Program-made: the position numbers and the translations under genes
Notes under the pieces: model-generated
What the model was told of the DNA's origin: nothing
What the model saw: the letters and a program-made list of their open reading frames with translations, nothing else
The model's database searches: none
Source: a virus
IMG/VR virus record: IMGVR_UViG_3300031920_000373
Span: 64,758 to 101,489 of that record
DNA length: 36,732 bases
Direction: 5' to 3' (one strand)
Part shown: positions 16,550 through 27,104 of the stretch, in pieces
How the letters are laid out: every line of letters starts with the position of its first letter
Position numbering within the stretch: position 1 is the stretch's first letter

Positions 16550-18516
16550 TCCTGAACATAAATAGCGTTATTATACATTTTCCATCCGTACCCTGCTTGA
16601 CAAGTACATTCCGGGTAACAATCCTGGTAAATAGTGCTTGGTTTACAATAAGGAGTATGCTCCGGATTTAATAAAAAACCACAAGCATCCTCCGATTCCG
16701 GAAAGGATACTTCCCCTGCATTCATTACAGCAAGAGTTACTGAAATTACGCCATTTATAGACCAACCAGCATAAGAGCTTGTTATTGGTTTGGCACACGC
16801 CGCACCACTTCCCGGAGCATAAATGTCCCAACCATTTGTTGGACAAACAGGACCACACGCTTCACTTACATATTCAAATAAAGTATAGGAAGTATAAACA
16901 TTTTGTGAATATTTATACTTCCCTTCATACGCTATTGCTGTACTTCCTGAATATTCAGTAGCTACAAAAGTTCTTGGATAAAGAGATGCTGAGTACTCAA
17001 CAGCAACACCCCACCCACCCGCCGTAGATCGTACAGAACCACTTGTATCAGAGCATATATCCTCAATATTTACAACACACATACCACAAGCATCCATATC
17101 AGCATAAAGAGTAACATACTGCTTTGTTGTAATTATGGTTGTTTTTGAATGTACAGGATCTAAATAAAAACCTTCACCATTGACAGAAACAGTGGTGAGG
17201 CCTCCTACAAAACCGCCTGTCCAATAAACCATTCCAGCTGTATCAGGAGCTATAGTATCCACACTATTTATTTCATCATATAACAAAGAATCATAAGATT
17301 CAGAATCACAACATCCTTTAGGATTAACCTCTTGAACATATTTAATAGTCCCACAAACTCCGTCCTCTGGACCTACCCCAACTAATATAACTCGCTCATC
17401 ATGAAAGGCATTATCTAAATGAAAATCTGGACCCTTTATTATACCGGCACCCCCTAACCAATTTGATGTTCTAACCTCGCAAGAAGGAAGACTAACCTGA
17501 GCCTCAACAGTAGAAACACAGCAATTGTCTACATAAAAATCCTCTTCACTTCCCTCCCATGTCTCTTCTTCATAACAAGGAACATACGTGTTTATATGTC
17601 TCGCCTGCCACCAAAAATTCAAAGCACCTTGTTCTGTATCCGAATGAGGTGTTGCGGGGGAATCTGGACAGGGTACTTCTGCAACAACACTGTAAGAATC
17701 CTTAATATTACCCGAACATTGGCATATTTGACTATAAATATACCTTTGATAACAAACATCAAGATCAGTTGGTTCCTCTGATTCATCGGGAGTGCTTTTC
17801 CCATTTGTTGAAGATATGGGATTACACCCTAAAAGATTTACGGCAGTTGCATCCTCTGTTGGTTTGCTCACATTTTCACTGTAGGCGATCTCTTTATAAA
17901 ACACAATACATTTTGCATCTTGTGCCTCAGAATCAGTACCGTTGACTTTAATGGTTACTTTATCATATTTAGTAAGGTAAGAAAATGACAGATGTTTTGT
18001 GTAATCATTTTTCAATAATGCCCGTGCTCCTACAAAAGATACAATTTCTTCATCACATTTGATATGGCCTACAATAGGGTAATCCACCTCAATTTTTCTT
18101 TCTTCAGGAAATACTAATGTTTCTATTGTTTTTTCTACCACCTCGGTACTAAGAATAGTCCCATCATTAATAACCAATTTATAAGGAATATCAAAATGAG
18201 ATCTATAAATATACAAAGTTGCCTCATAACTATATGAATTGGCATCATATTTACAAGGATCATAACTTATAGAACCAAAAGCAACAGATAGGAGTGGTTC
18301 CACTTCTTCTTCTTCAAAGACTTTGGCTTCTTGACCTCCTACTAAAGCAGAATCCTCATTACAAGGATCAATATCATATATGGAATCAATTACGGTTGCG
18401 GCATCAGATAAAGATACAAAATCTGATTCAGGTGGCTGTACTTCAATCCTTGCCCAGAATTTTTCAGTAAGCCCATCAACACTTCCAAAATTTACGTTTA
18501 TATTTACATCATTCAT
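16537..18516 (-). CDS. Cys-rich acidic tail-tip protein
   Basis: ~660 aa with about 28 Cys by manual count; probable start MNDVNINVNF at 18516. Confidence 0.65.
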   Translation of the reverse strand: MNDVNINVNFGSVDGLTEKFWARIEVQPPESDFVSLSDAATVIDSIYDIDPCNEDSALVGGQEAKVFEEEEVEPLLSVAFGSISYDPCKYDANSYSYEATLYIYRSHFDIPYKLVINDGTILSTEVVEKTIETLVFPEERKIEVDYPIVGHIKCDEEIVSFVGARALLKNDYTKHLSFSYLTKYDKVTIKVNGTDSEAQDAKCIVFYKEIAYSENVSKPTEDATAVNLLGCNPISSTNGKSTPDESEEPTDLDVCYQRYIYSQICQCSGNIKDSYSVVAEVPCPDSPATPHSDTEQGALNFWWQARHINTYVPCYEEETWEGSEEDFYVDNCCVSTVEAQVSLPSCEVRTSNWLGGAGIIKGPDFHLDNAFHDERVILVGVGPEDGVCGTIKYVQEVNPKGCCDSESYDSLLYDEINSVDTIAPDTAGMVYWTGGFVGGLTTVSVNGEGFYLDPVHSKTTIITTKQYVTLYADMDACGMCVVNIEDICSDTSGSVRSTAGGWGVAVEYSASLYPRTFVATEYSGSTAIAYEGKYKYSQNVYTSYTLFEYVSEACGPVCPTNGWDIYAPGSGAACAKPITSSYAGWSINGVISVTLAVMNAGEVSFPESEDACGFLLNPEHTPYCKPSTIYQDCYPECTCQAGYGWKMYNNAIYVQEWIC

Positions 18517-19411
18517 TGTCACACCCTGTTCCACCTAAATCAGATCTGACTGTATCAAGAATCTCGCCTGTGCAAGTTGAATAATAAATTGTAGTGGAAT
18601 ACGTTTGATTTTCCTCAGTGTCTAATATACTACCAGCACATCGGGGCCATAATGTAGGATACCCATCATCACATTCAGCTAAAAAATCCAGTACAGGTTT
18701 TGGTATTTTTAACTCAAGCATCTCTTCTTGTTCCTCTCCATTCTCATCTATATAGGTACAAATCACACTACACCTCACATTGGTAATAGAAGTATAAGAA
18801 GTTTGATTGGCTATTATTCCAAATATTTCAGCCCTGCCTGTTTGTGACTTAGGAAATGATAGGGTTGCGGTGTATTTATATCCCTGGGCCATTATATTTG
18901 CACGAACAATACCGAATACATCTTGTGTGAATGTAAGATAAGGTCCATTTACAGTTATATCGGGTGAATCTAATAAATGTCCTAAATCATCATAAACAGG
19001 AGATTCCCAACCAAAAGAGGATACCACAGGATCAATCAGATAAGGCATTTGCACTTTATCATCCAGTGGAATTACTATATTTCCCACCTTCGGTACTGAA
19101 TCATGAATCCGACTGGACAAAGAACCTTGATTAATTGTCATAGAATAAAGCAAATCCATGTTGGAAGGGAATACCCAAAAATCCAATTTAATCTCTATAG
19201 TTGTAGGGGTGAACATTACATAATCAAGGCTTGTAGGAACATAAGAGAAGGATGTTAATCCAGATGCAGATCTATTTATCATTTGAAAAATATCAAATAG
19301 ATTGGCATCTAAAGAGGTCTCAGGTATTACTTCCTGTTCCATCTTTACCCATATTTCCTGTTCGTTTATGTCTGCACTACTAAAATCAACTGTCTTTATT
19401 GCTGTACTCAT
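18509..19411 (-). CDS. Tail-tip protein (paralog)
   Basis: Shares W-x-x-x-VYD..G....P and terminal C-x-x-x-[IV]L motifs with 19478-20284. Confidence 0.65.
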   Translation of the reverse strand: MSTAIKTVDFSSADINEQEIWVKMEQEVIPETSLDANLFDIFQMINRSASGLTSFSYVPTSLDYVMFTPTTIEIKLDFWVFPSNMDLLYSMTINQGSLSSRIHDSVPKVGNIVIPLDDKVQMPYLIDPVVSSFGWESPVYDDLGHLLDSPDITVNGPYLTFTQDVFGIVRANIMAQGYKYTATLSFPKSQTGRAEIFGIIANQTSYTSITNVRCSVICTYIDENGEEQEEMLELKIPKPVLDFLAECDDGYPTLWPRCAGSILDTEENQTYSTTIYYSTCTGEILDTVRSDLGGTGCDNE

Positions 19412-19477
19412 ATCATCAACATTTCCCTTCTGTTTAAGACTGTTTTAAAAGTTTTTGATAGTGATGTATGCGCTTTA

Positions 19478-20284
19478 TTATATATACGTCACAACATCGC
19501 TTAAAACTAATTGGGAACAATAGTCAGTTGTTATAACCCTATCTACTTTTGGTGCTTTTGTAGGGGGACTACCAGCATCATCCCCATCCTCTGGATCTTC
19601 TACAGAAAATCCACCACAATTCATTGTTCCTTCTAAGAGTTCATCAAGATTTGGTGGGTTGTCTAACTCTAACCAAGATATGCCTTGATCATAAACACCG
19701 TAAACAACGGCACCAAAAAGGTCTGTTCCTGTATCTCTGCGAGTAACTTTAAGTGAATATTTGTGCTGTGTAACTTGATATTCAACCTTCAAAGTGCCAT
19801 ACACTTTTGAAAATAAGGAAACTTTACCATTTGAATCTATAACCAAAGAAGGGGGACTCACTACATTTCCAAAACTATCATAAACAGAACCTAACCAAGA
19901 ATAACTAACATTTCCCACAGGGGTAAACGTTAAATCTGATTCTTTGGAAATATCAAATGAAATTAATTCTTGGTGTGCATATGAATCAACAATGCGTTCA
20001 TATAACTCGCCATAACTGGTGTGTAATTGATAGGACAAATCTGAAACTCTCGGATAAGCGTATATAATGGATGTGCAAGATCCGTCAGAATTTAATCCAC
20101 AATCAATATCGTTTGATATGGTATTACTTAAAAGAACGTTATGGGTAAAATTATAAAAATCAGACATTCGTACCTTGCCTATATTATCTATCCAATCCTC
20201 TTGAGTAAGAATCAACATATCTCGTAATCCCGAGTCTTCTTTGGCTTCAGAAAAATTCACAACCATTGAGGTTTCAATTGACAT
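19478..20284 (-). CDS. Tail-tip protein (paralog)
   Basis: Start MSIETSMVVNF at 20284 with AAGGAG SD. Confidence 0.65.
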   Translation of the reverse strand: MSIETSMVVNFSEAKEDSGLRDMLILTQEDWIDNIGKVRMSDFYNFTHNVLLSNTISNDIDCGLNSDGSCTSIIYAYPRVSDLSYQLHTSYGELYERIVDSYAHQELISFDISKESDLTFTPVGNVSYSWLGSVYDSFGNVVSPPSLVIDSNGKVSLFSKVYGTLKVEYQVTQHKYSLKVTRRDTGTDLFGAVVYGVYDQGISWLELDNPPNLDELLEGTMNCGGFSVEDPEDGDDAGSPPTKAPKVDRVITTDYCSQLVLSDVVTYI

Positions 20285-20298
20285 TCTATATCTCCTTA

Positions 20299-20330
20299 TA
20301 TAGTGTCCCCAAAAAACAGGGGACACTATA
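20299..20330 (-). terminator. Perfect 12-bp hairpin (terminator or mRNA stabiliser)
   Basis: tatagtgtcccc-aaaaaaca-ggggacactata, intergenic; no clear U-tract. Confidence 0.45.
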
Positions 20331-20338
20331 ATCAGACC

Positions 20339-21376
20339 TTACGCACTTTCACCAGAAAAAACAACTGTAACTTTATTGCCTGTCAAGGATGCGGCTCCAG
20401 CAGGAACAACTCTCATCTGCCAAATTCCTTCCGTAGATGGCACAGTATGGAATACAATAGTATCGCCCAAGGCCCACGTTCCGGAAAAACCCGCAGTTTC
20501 CAAAGTGAAATAAGGTTTAGTAACGTCAGAATTGTTTGGAAGATAATCAGTATTTTTATCCCCTCCTGACAAAGTTACACCTGCTACATTGGACGCCGCT
20601 GTAAAATTTATGGCGTCAGTAAAGGTTATTGTAACAGTTTGATCAATGGATCCGATATTGTCAAGAAGAACAGGATTTGTGGCATCGTCATACGCCCCGT
20701 CACCTACGGTAGTATCTACAAAACTATCAAATGATCCTACAATATCCCCCGGCTCAAGAACAGACATGATTCTTGTGCCATTTGTATAATCATCTGTATT
20801 ATAGGCATTTGCAAGAGTTCCAACAATGGTTATGGTTACATCCAGAGTTGACACAGTTGGAACACCTGAGATCACATGAATCTCTTCTGTTCCCGATCCT
20901 GATGAGGGGGCATCCTTATTGGTTATTCTAATTGTGTCACCATCACGGAAAATTTCATCGGCACCTCCCGGAACAAGAGATGCATTCTCAACTGTAACGG
21001 TAAAGACCGAAACACCTGAAGCAATATTCGCCTGAAGAGTAGCACAACCATAATGATCCTCTGTTCCTACTATATCAGCCTGTGTGTCTGTCTGAGTTCC
21101 CAGAAACAAGGTGACCCAATCATCGCCCTGAGTTATGATGTCCATCCAAATCTGGGTGTTGTACAATGTTTCATCGGCATCATTAGCAACTTTCAAAAAG
21201 GTTTTTCTATACTTGGTTGATCCAGCAGTTCTTTCCGCTTTAAAAACAGAAGGCCATACGTTGTTCACAACTCCAGAAGTGACAACGGCAGTATTATCCA
21301 ATAAACCTCCGTTGGCACCCACATCACTTACCACTTTACTTTTTAACATTACAAGTTCACTGTCTACTATTGCCAT
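20339..21376 (-). CDS. Minor tail protein
   Basis: MAI...KSKVVSD...NGG...SGVVNNVWP.V...ER.AG..KYRK.F recalls a family found downstream of tape measure genes. Confidence 0.7.
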   Translation of the reverse strand: MAIVDSELVMLKSKVVSDVGANGGLLDNTAVVTSGVVNNVWPSVFKAERTAGSTKYRKTFLKVANDADETLYNTQIWMDIITQGDDWVTLFLGTQTDTQADIVGTEDHYGCATLQANIASGVSVFTVTVENASLVPGGADEIFRDGDTIRITNKDAPSSGSGTEEIHVISGVPTVSTLDVTITIVGTLANAYNTDDYTNGTRIMSVLEPGDIVGSFDSFVDTTVGDGAYDDATNPVLLDNIGSIDQTVTITFTDAINFTAASNVAGVTLSGGDKNTDYLPNNSDVTKPYFTLETAGFSGTWALGDTIVFHTVPSTEGIWQMRVVPAGAASLTGNKVTVVFSGESA

Positions 21377-21388
21377 AATCTTTTCTCC

Positions 21389-21769
21389 TTATACTTCTAT
21401 TAAAATTAGTTGTCCAGAATACAAATCACCGACTGCCTGATTCGGACGAGGAATTAAAGGAGTTACTTGAACACCCCCTGCCTGAATTTTGACATCATAA
21501 TCAGTACCCTCATAATGAAAAACTATTGTGGATCCTGCTTGTTCAAGGAACTTGAACTCAATTATTTGTGACCTGGTAAAAAACCCTTCATAAGAGCTAT
21601 CACTTGCCACAGCAACAAGGTTAATTGTTCTACCTTTTGATAACGGTAAATTCTGAATAACCAAATTACCTAATATGGTTCTTTGGGTGTTCTGGGAGAT
21701 GGCTGGATTATCAAACTCATTCTCCCAAATCAAATCCTCACTTAATGTCTCTCCATTTAATGTTATCAT
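21389..21769 (-). CDS. Distal tail (Dit-like) protein
   Basis: ITL....L..DLIW.NEF...QRT.LG.LVIQ...GR.I.L; immediately after the tape measure gene. Confidence 0.65.
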   Translation of the reverse strand: MITLNGETLSEDLIWENEFDNPAISQNTQRTILGNLVIQNLPLSKGRTINLVAVASDSSYEGFFTRSQIIEFKFLEQAGSTIVFHYEGTDYDVKIQAGGVQVTPLIPRPNQAVGDLYSGQLILIEV

Positions 21770-24700
21770 GTTGCAAACCTTTTTAAATTATTTAAATGAG
21801 TGGTTAACTGGCCAACAACGTCCTGTTGCACTATGGCGGGTATTCTTGCTGTGCCTGTATCTAAACTTATTGTGCCAAAATTAGCAAGACTTCCTAAGAT
21901 GGAGCTTGATTTTGTTGCAGTTGAATTAGGAACAGAAACTTTGCCACCATTTTGAAACTTAGGTAATGTCATGTTGTTTATGCTGGACATAAAATCATCT
22001 CCAAACTTCCTAACTGCAAACTTGTTAATAACCCATTCACCATCCTCTGCAAGGATTTGTCTCCTATCGCCCCCCCCAAATCCTGGAAGTCTTCCTCCTC
22101 CCTTGTATCCTGTAACAGATTGGCCTTGTGTAACATACTTTGTTGTTATAGTTACTACTTTGTCCTTAAGTTTGTCAATAGATTTTTGAAGGTCTTCAAC
22201 ATCATCTTTTCCTAATACTTTTGCAAGAACATCCAGAACAGTATCATGAATATTTTCCAGTAACGATTGAGTTTCAACAACCTCTGTATCATCCACTTCA
22301 ATTTCCACTGGTGTATCTGATATCCCATCAAGGGTACTGCCCACAAGTTTGGCAAGCTCAGGGAGGGTCTTTAAAAATTCATCAAATCCCATATCCAGTT
22401 CACTCTGGGATAAGGCGTATTTGTCTATCTCATTTTTCGCCACAGTGTACTTTTCTTTTATGGCATTTTTCTCTGCCTGAATATTCTGTAATTCATTAGC
22501 AGATCGTTGATCTTCGGCGGCCAAGGCTTTAGCATCTTCAGCGGTCGTATCAACTGTGGGAGCGGACTGTAATCTACCTGTTGCTATTCTGATTTTTTCC
22601 TCGTACTTGGCAATCTCTGCATCCAAGTTTGACATTTCCTCTTTATGTCTACTTGCCTCTTTTGCGGCTATCTTATCAATGGCATCAATGGCAGCCTGAA
22701 CCTTTGTGTCATAAAAGACTTTCTCTCTTGCCTGTTTTTCGGCGGCTTCAGCAATTTCCTCATTCTTCTTTTTAAGAAGGTCGAGTTCTTTTAATTCACC
22801 TTTTATATTCCGGGCATCTTTCAAGGAAGCAAGGGTGTCCCGTACTAATCGAACTGCGGTCCTTTCATCTTTTAAACCACCCACAAGACTTTCCGACATC
22901 TTTATTAGATCAGTACCACGATCAAGTTTCTCTTTGTCCTTTTCAGCTTCAGCCTGTGCAAGTAGTGTACGGCCTTGGGCAAGATACAGTAGGGCGGCTC
23001 TTTGGTCATCTGCATCTTTCTGGGCATCGGTAAAACTTCTCTGCTTGATATTCCTTATTTTTTCTTCTGTGGTAATTTCAAGACTTAGAATATCAGAAGA
23101 GGTAGAGGCTCTATTATCTTGGATATCTTCATTGATATCTTTGAGTTTGTCCTGGAGGGCCTTTTCAATTGAAATCCTTTTGTCCTTATAATCTGTTGCC
23201 AGTTTTTCTAAATCTGAGTTCCTTTTGTCGGTAATCTCAACAAGCTTATCAGCATTCTTACTGGTTTCAGATTCAATATCCGAATGAGCATCAGCTATTT
23301 TTTTATTGGAATTAGTTACCTCTTTATTATAAGTATTGATATATTTGGCACGGGCTTTATAAAACACCTCTTCAGCTTTTAGAACTATTAGGTGGCGCTT
23401 GTCGTACTCTGCCTTATTTTCTTCCTCTGTAACCATGCTCTGGAATCGTTTGGCTTCCGTCAACATATCCTGATACATTTGTGTCTGGATAAGTAAACGA
23501 CCCGCCGCGGCATCATCAGCATTAATTAAACCCCTTGCCTCTTCATCTGCAACATCTGCAATGTATTTAGCGGAAAGATTTTTTCTTTCAACCAGATAGG
23601 CTTTATAATCATCCTCCTGTTGTGAATAATCAATGGAGATACCTTCAAGGAGTTTTTTCTCTTTTTTAATGTATTCCCTGGTTGCCTCTTCTTGGTGTTT
23701 TATGCGGAGCTTGGCGTTGGTCTTATATTTTACCGCAATTTCCTCTAATTGTTTATCTAAGGCTTCCTTTTCATGCTGAAGGACAATTATGCTTTGGGCG
23801 GCGGTATTTTCAGCTAATTCCTTTTTAAGATCAGAGGCTTGTTTAAGTAGCGCCCTTTCACCTGCGTAATAGTTTTTCCAACTTTGTTCTATACTGATAC
23901 CTGCCTTTTCTTCAGCCTTTTGTATTTCCTTCAATGACTCTAAACGATCAACGAGCCTTTGCCTCTGGGCGGCATTCTCCCTGATCTGAGCCTCTTCTCC
24001 ATCTGAGAATACTCCACCTAATTTTTTGTATTCTTCAATGAAATCAGTAACGGCAGTTGTTCCATCTTCTCCCCATTTCTCAATGATGTTTTCAAAAGAG
24101 CCTGAACTGGCTTCTTTAAGGAGTTTGATCTTTTCAATGACGGCGGTTAAAGCTGTTCCTGTGAGACCCGCGTCCTCTGCAACTTGCTGGATACTTTCAA
24201 TAGTATCATCAAGGCCTATCTTATTTGTTTCCACAAGGAATTTAACAAATTTATCTGCCTGTTCTGTAAGTATCTCGTAACTGCGGATCAATTGTTTTTG
24301 CTGGGCATTCAATCTGGTATGATCGAGTTTGGCAACATAATCACCAAGTTCTTTCATATTCACGGAACCACTTGCTATCTCTTTAGCAAAATCTCTGGCC
24401 TCTGTGGCTCTTTTACCGAACCCCACAAAATCCTCCGTGAATAAGTATTTCCATTGATTCCAATCTGCAATGGCTTTATTAACAATCCTGCCCATAAGGC
24501 TGTTTTGTTCTGCAATGGCTTGATTAACTTTATTGCCCGCCTTTGCTAAATTATCAAACTGGAGTCTATCTAATTCTTCATTGTATTTTTTTAAAGCATC
24601 AGCCCCTTCATCAATCTCACCTGTGAGAGGATTAATACTGGCTGCCGCGTCCTTTGCAAAGGATGATATATCTGTGTAACCAGAGGCGGTTTCTAACAAG

Positions 24701-26706
24701 CTTTTCCTTAAAGCTTTATTGGCATCAGTTAATTCTTTTGACCCTTCTTTAAATGAGGCTGTCTTTATTTCATAATCCTGGAAGCTTTTGGCAAGGGTGC
24801 CAAAATTGTCAGCAAGTTTAAAGAACTCCTCTGAGGTAGTTTGTGCGTCCTCACGGAGAATTATAAGCAAAGCACTAAGGGCAAGTAATCCTATTCCTAT
24901 AGGGCCAAGCACTGCCAAGAATGCTCCCACACCTGTGGTAGCGGCTCCCATAGAAGCAGTAAAAGATACCACACTTGTAGCCATTGCCTGGAACAGTGTG
25001 GATTTCATGGCAAGACTTACAGCCCCCATGACGGCAGCAAGAGCATAACCTGCCGCTACTGCTAATCCTGCGGATACAATGAACTTTCCTAACGCTGTAT
25101 CAACCAGAGCAGTTAATACATCAATCAAATCACGGGACACGTTGATCACAATCCTCATGGCATCGGCTATACCTGCTTTACCTAAAGTGATTGCAAATAT
25201 ACCAATCTTGTCTTGTAAATTCTTAAAAGACACGCCGAGACCTTCCATCTGAATGGCGGCTTGTTGGGCGGCGGTACCTGATCGTCCTACTGTCTCAAGC
25301 ATTCCTTCAAAATTAGATTCAGTGCTTGACAGAGCCAATACAGCGGAGGCTCCCCTTTTACCAAATACGTCAAAGGCGACAGATGCATCGTCAACTACCA
25401 AATTAAGATTGGACATTACACTTGAAAGACTGGAAGTCCTGGGATCAAGTTCAGAAAGTGCAACGCCTGCCTCTCTGGCTGCCGCCTTCAGTTTCTTGGA
25501 GGGATCAATCAGTTCTGCGAAGACTCTCCTGAGTCCTGTACCGATTGTGGATGCCCTCAAGCCTGAGTTAGCAAGAGTTCCCATTGCTGCCGCAAGCTCT
25601 TTAAAAGATACTCCTGAATCTCTCGCAATAGGGCCTACATAATTCATTGCTGTACGGAGTTTATCAATGGTAAGTTTGGATTTATTTACTGCATTGGCGA
25701 AAACATCTGATACCTCGGCTGACTGAGAGGCCTCTATACGGAATACCCTCATAGCAGTGGTTACTAAATCAACTGTTGAACTCATGTCGGACAAGGTGCC
25801 CGTTGCGAGATCTGATACAGCTTGCATGGTCTCTACCGCTTCACTTGCACTGAAACCAGCCTGTCCTATAGTCCTCATACCCTGAGCTACTTCGGAGGCA
25901 GAAAATTTAGTTGTGGATGCTACCTCAAGAATCTTTAGGCCCATCTGAGCGACTTCAAGGGTTGTGGCTCCTGTTATTGCTTGGAGATCTTTTAAGGCCT
26001 GATCATATTCAATAATGGCAGTGACACCGTTCAATATAGATGACTTAACAAACTGGAAGGCTTCTGATATTCCTCTGAACTCTAAAACTGTCCGTATCTT
26101 ATCAGCAAAGGTGCGAATCTTCAATCCTGACCTGTCTGCCTGTGTTCCTGTATCTTTCATGGCTTTGTTCATGTGATTCATTGAAGAAGCCGCGCTACCA
26201 AACGCTAATTGGAGACGGCTGACATCGTTTGCAAAGTTTTTGAATGCAGAGATACCACCACGCTTGTCAAGATCTTTTAAAGCTGTATTAAGCGAACGGA
26301 TTTTATTCACTACTCCATTGACATCCAATTCAATGAGCTTTTTGAATCCTGTAACAAGGGCTGTTATTCCGGGAAGCTTAATTCCTGATAATTTACTTAA
26401 TTCCTGAGCAAATTTACTGAGATCAGGAGGAGTTTGCATCTTCCCTATTTTATCAAAACCATTAGCAATTGCGTTAAGATTTGGAACTTTTATCTTATCC
26501 AACTGCTTTAAGGTATTTATTGTCGAGGTTAAAGTGGGAGGGGGTTTAATAGTATCCAAGGCCGCCTGAAAACTTTTTACGGATTCAGTGGCCTTAGTAA
26601 CTGACTTCTGGACATTTTCGAATATAGTGGCAATGGCCTTTACTTTTGAGGCATCAAATCCTACTACCTGTAAAGCTATTTCCACTGTCTTTCTTACGTC
26701 AGCCAT
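21766..26706 (-). CDS. Tail tape measure protein (TP901-type core)
   Basis: 1646 aa, helical; TKFSASEVA...GQAGF...LAT.T...YVGPIA...G.RAS..GT.LR core; central hydrophobic segments. Confidence 0.95.
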   Translation of the reverse strand: MADVRKTVEIALQVVGFDASKVKAIATIFENVQKSVTKATESVKSFQAALDTIKPPPTLTSTINTLKQLDKIKVPNLNAIANGFDKIGKMQTPPDLSKFAQELSKLSGIKLPGITALVTGFKKLIELDVNGVVNKIRSLNTALKDLDKRGGISAFKNFANDVSRLQLAFGSAASSMNHMNKAMKDTGTQADRSGLKIRTFADKIRTVLEFRGISEAFQFVKSSILNGVTAIIEYDQALKDLQAITGATTLEVAQMGLKILEVASTTKFSASEVAQGMRTIGQAGFSASEAVETMQAVSDLATGTLSDMSSTVDLVTTAMRVFRIEASQSAEVSDVFANAVNKSKLTIDKLRTAMNYVGPIARDSGVSFKELAAAMGTLANSGLRASTIGTGLRRVFAELIDPSKKLKAAAREAGVALSELDPRTSSLSSVMSNLNLVVDDASVAFDVFGKRGASAVLALSSTESNFEGMLETVGRSGTAAQQAAIQMEGLGVSFKNLQDKIGIFAITLGKAGIADAMRIVINVSRDLIDVLTALVDTALGKFIVSAGLAVAAGYALAAVMGAVSLAMKSTLFQAMATSVVSFTASMGAATTGVGAFLAVLGPIGIGLLALSALLIILREDAQTTSEEFFKLADNFGTLAKSFQDYEIKTASFKEGSKELTDANKALRKSLLETASGYTDISSFAKDAAASINPLTGEIDEGADALKKYNEELDRLQFDNLAKAGNKVNQAIAEQNSLMGRIVNKAIADWNQWKYLFTEDFVGFGKRATEARDFAKEIASGSVNMKELGDYVAKLDHTRLNAQQKQLIRSYEILTEQADKFVKFLVETNKIGLDDTIESIQQVAEDAGLTGTALTAVIEKIKLLKEASSGSFENIIEKWGEDGTTAVTDFIEEYKKLGGVFSDGEEAQIRENAAQRQRLVDRLESLKEIQKAEEKAGISIEQSWKNYYAGERALLKQASDLKKELAENTAAQSIIVLQHEKEALDKQLEEIAVKYKTNAKLRIKHQEEATREYIKKEKKLLEGISIDYSQQEDDYKAYLVERKNLSAKYIADVADEEARGLINADDAAAGRLLIQTQMYQDMLTEAKRFQSMVTEEENKAEYDKRHLIVLKAEEVFYKARAKYINTYNKEVTNSNKKIADAHSDIESETSKNADKLVEITDKRNSDLEKLATDYKDKRISIEKALQDKLKDINEDIQDNRASTSSDILSLEITTEEKIRNIKQRSFTDAQKDADDQRAALLYLAQGRTLLAQAEAEKDKEKLDRGTDLIKMSESLVGGLKDERTAVRLVRDTLASLKDARNIKGELKELDLLKKKNEEIAEAAEKQAREKVFYDTKVQAAIDAIDKIAAKEASRHKEEMSNLDAEIAKYEEKIRIATGRLQSAPTVDTTAEDAKALAAEDQRSANELQNIQAEKNAIKEKYTVAKNEIDKYALSQSELDMGFDEFLKTLPELAKLVGSTLDGISDTPVEIEVDDTEVVETQSLLENIHDTVLDVLAKVLGKDDVEDLQKSIDKLKDKVVTITTKYVTQGQSVTGYKGGGRLPGFGGGDRRQILAEDGEWVINKFAVRKFGDDFMSSINNMTLPKFQNGGKVSVPNSTATKSSSILGSLANFGTISLDTGTARIPAIVQQDVVGQLTTHLNNLKRFAT

Positions 26707-26711
26707 ATCAT

Positions 26712-27104
26712 TTATCCTTGCTTAGACATAAAGGTTGCTAATCGTTTCCAGTCTTCATTCACTTCATCGACTGAGGGTCCTTTTGGTTTCTGTTTTGAAG
26801 GACTCACTCCTAACTCTTTTAAAACTTCCTTCAACCCTTCTAAGGTAAGATTATTCGCCTGCCACTTTTCGGAAATGCTTCGGGCTTTTTCCTCCCTTTC
26901 CATTATTACTATTGTTTTGAAAAAGGTTCCTACTTCTGATAACGTATAGGTTTTAATGCTTGACCAGTTGTGTCCATTGGCAATCAGTGTTTGGACTGCA
27001 AATGTTATTTCCCGGGTATCTTTTTCAGAGGAGTCGGTTCCAGAATTGGTTCCGGAGTCTTCTCCTGGGGAAACAATCTCTTGATCAAGCTCCCGAAGTT
27101 TTTT
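26712..27104 (-). CDS. Tail assembly chaperone, -1 frameshift extension (gpT-like)
   Basis: The -1 frame is open from the A AAA AAC heptamer (27104-27098) to 26712 and encodes AVQTLIANGHNWSSIKTYTLSEVGTFF. Confidence 0.75.
   Translation of the reverse strand, partial: KKLRELDQEIVSPGEDSGTNSGTDSSEKDTREITFAVQTLIANGHNWSSIKTYTLSEVGTFFKTIVIMEREEKARSISEKWQANNLTLEGLKEVLKELGVSPSKQKPKGPSVDEVNEDWKRLATFMSKQG

Noticed and set aside
7741-18516. Diversity-generating retroelement or invertible fibre cassette
   Set aside because: No reverse transcriptase, recombinase or adenine-mismatched repeat pair seen.
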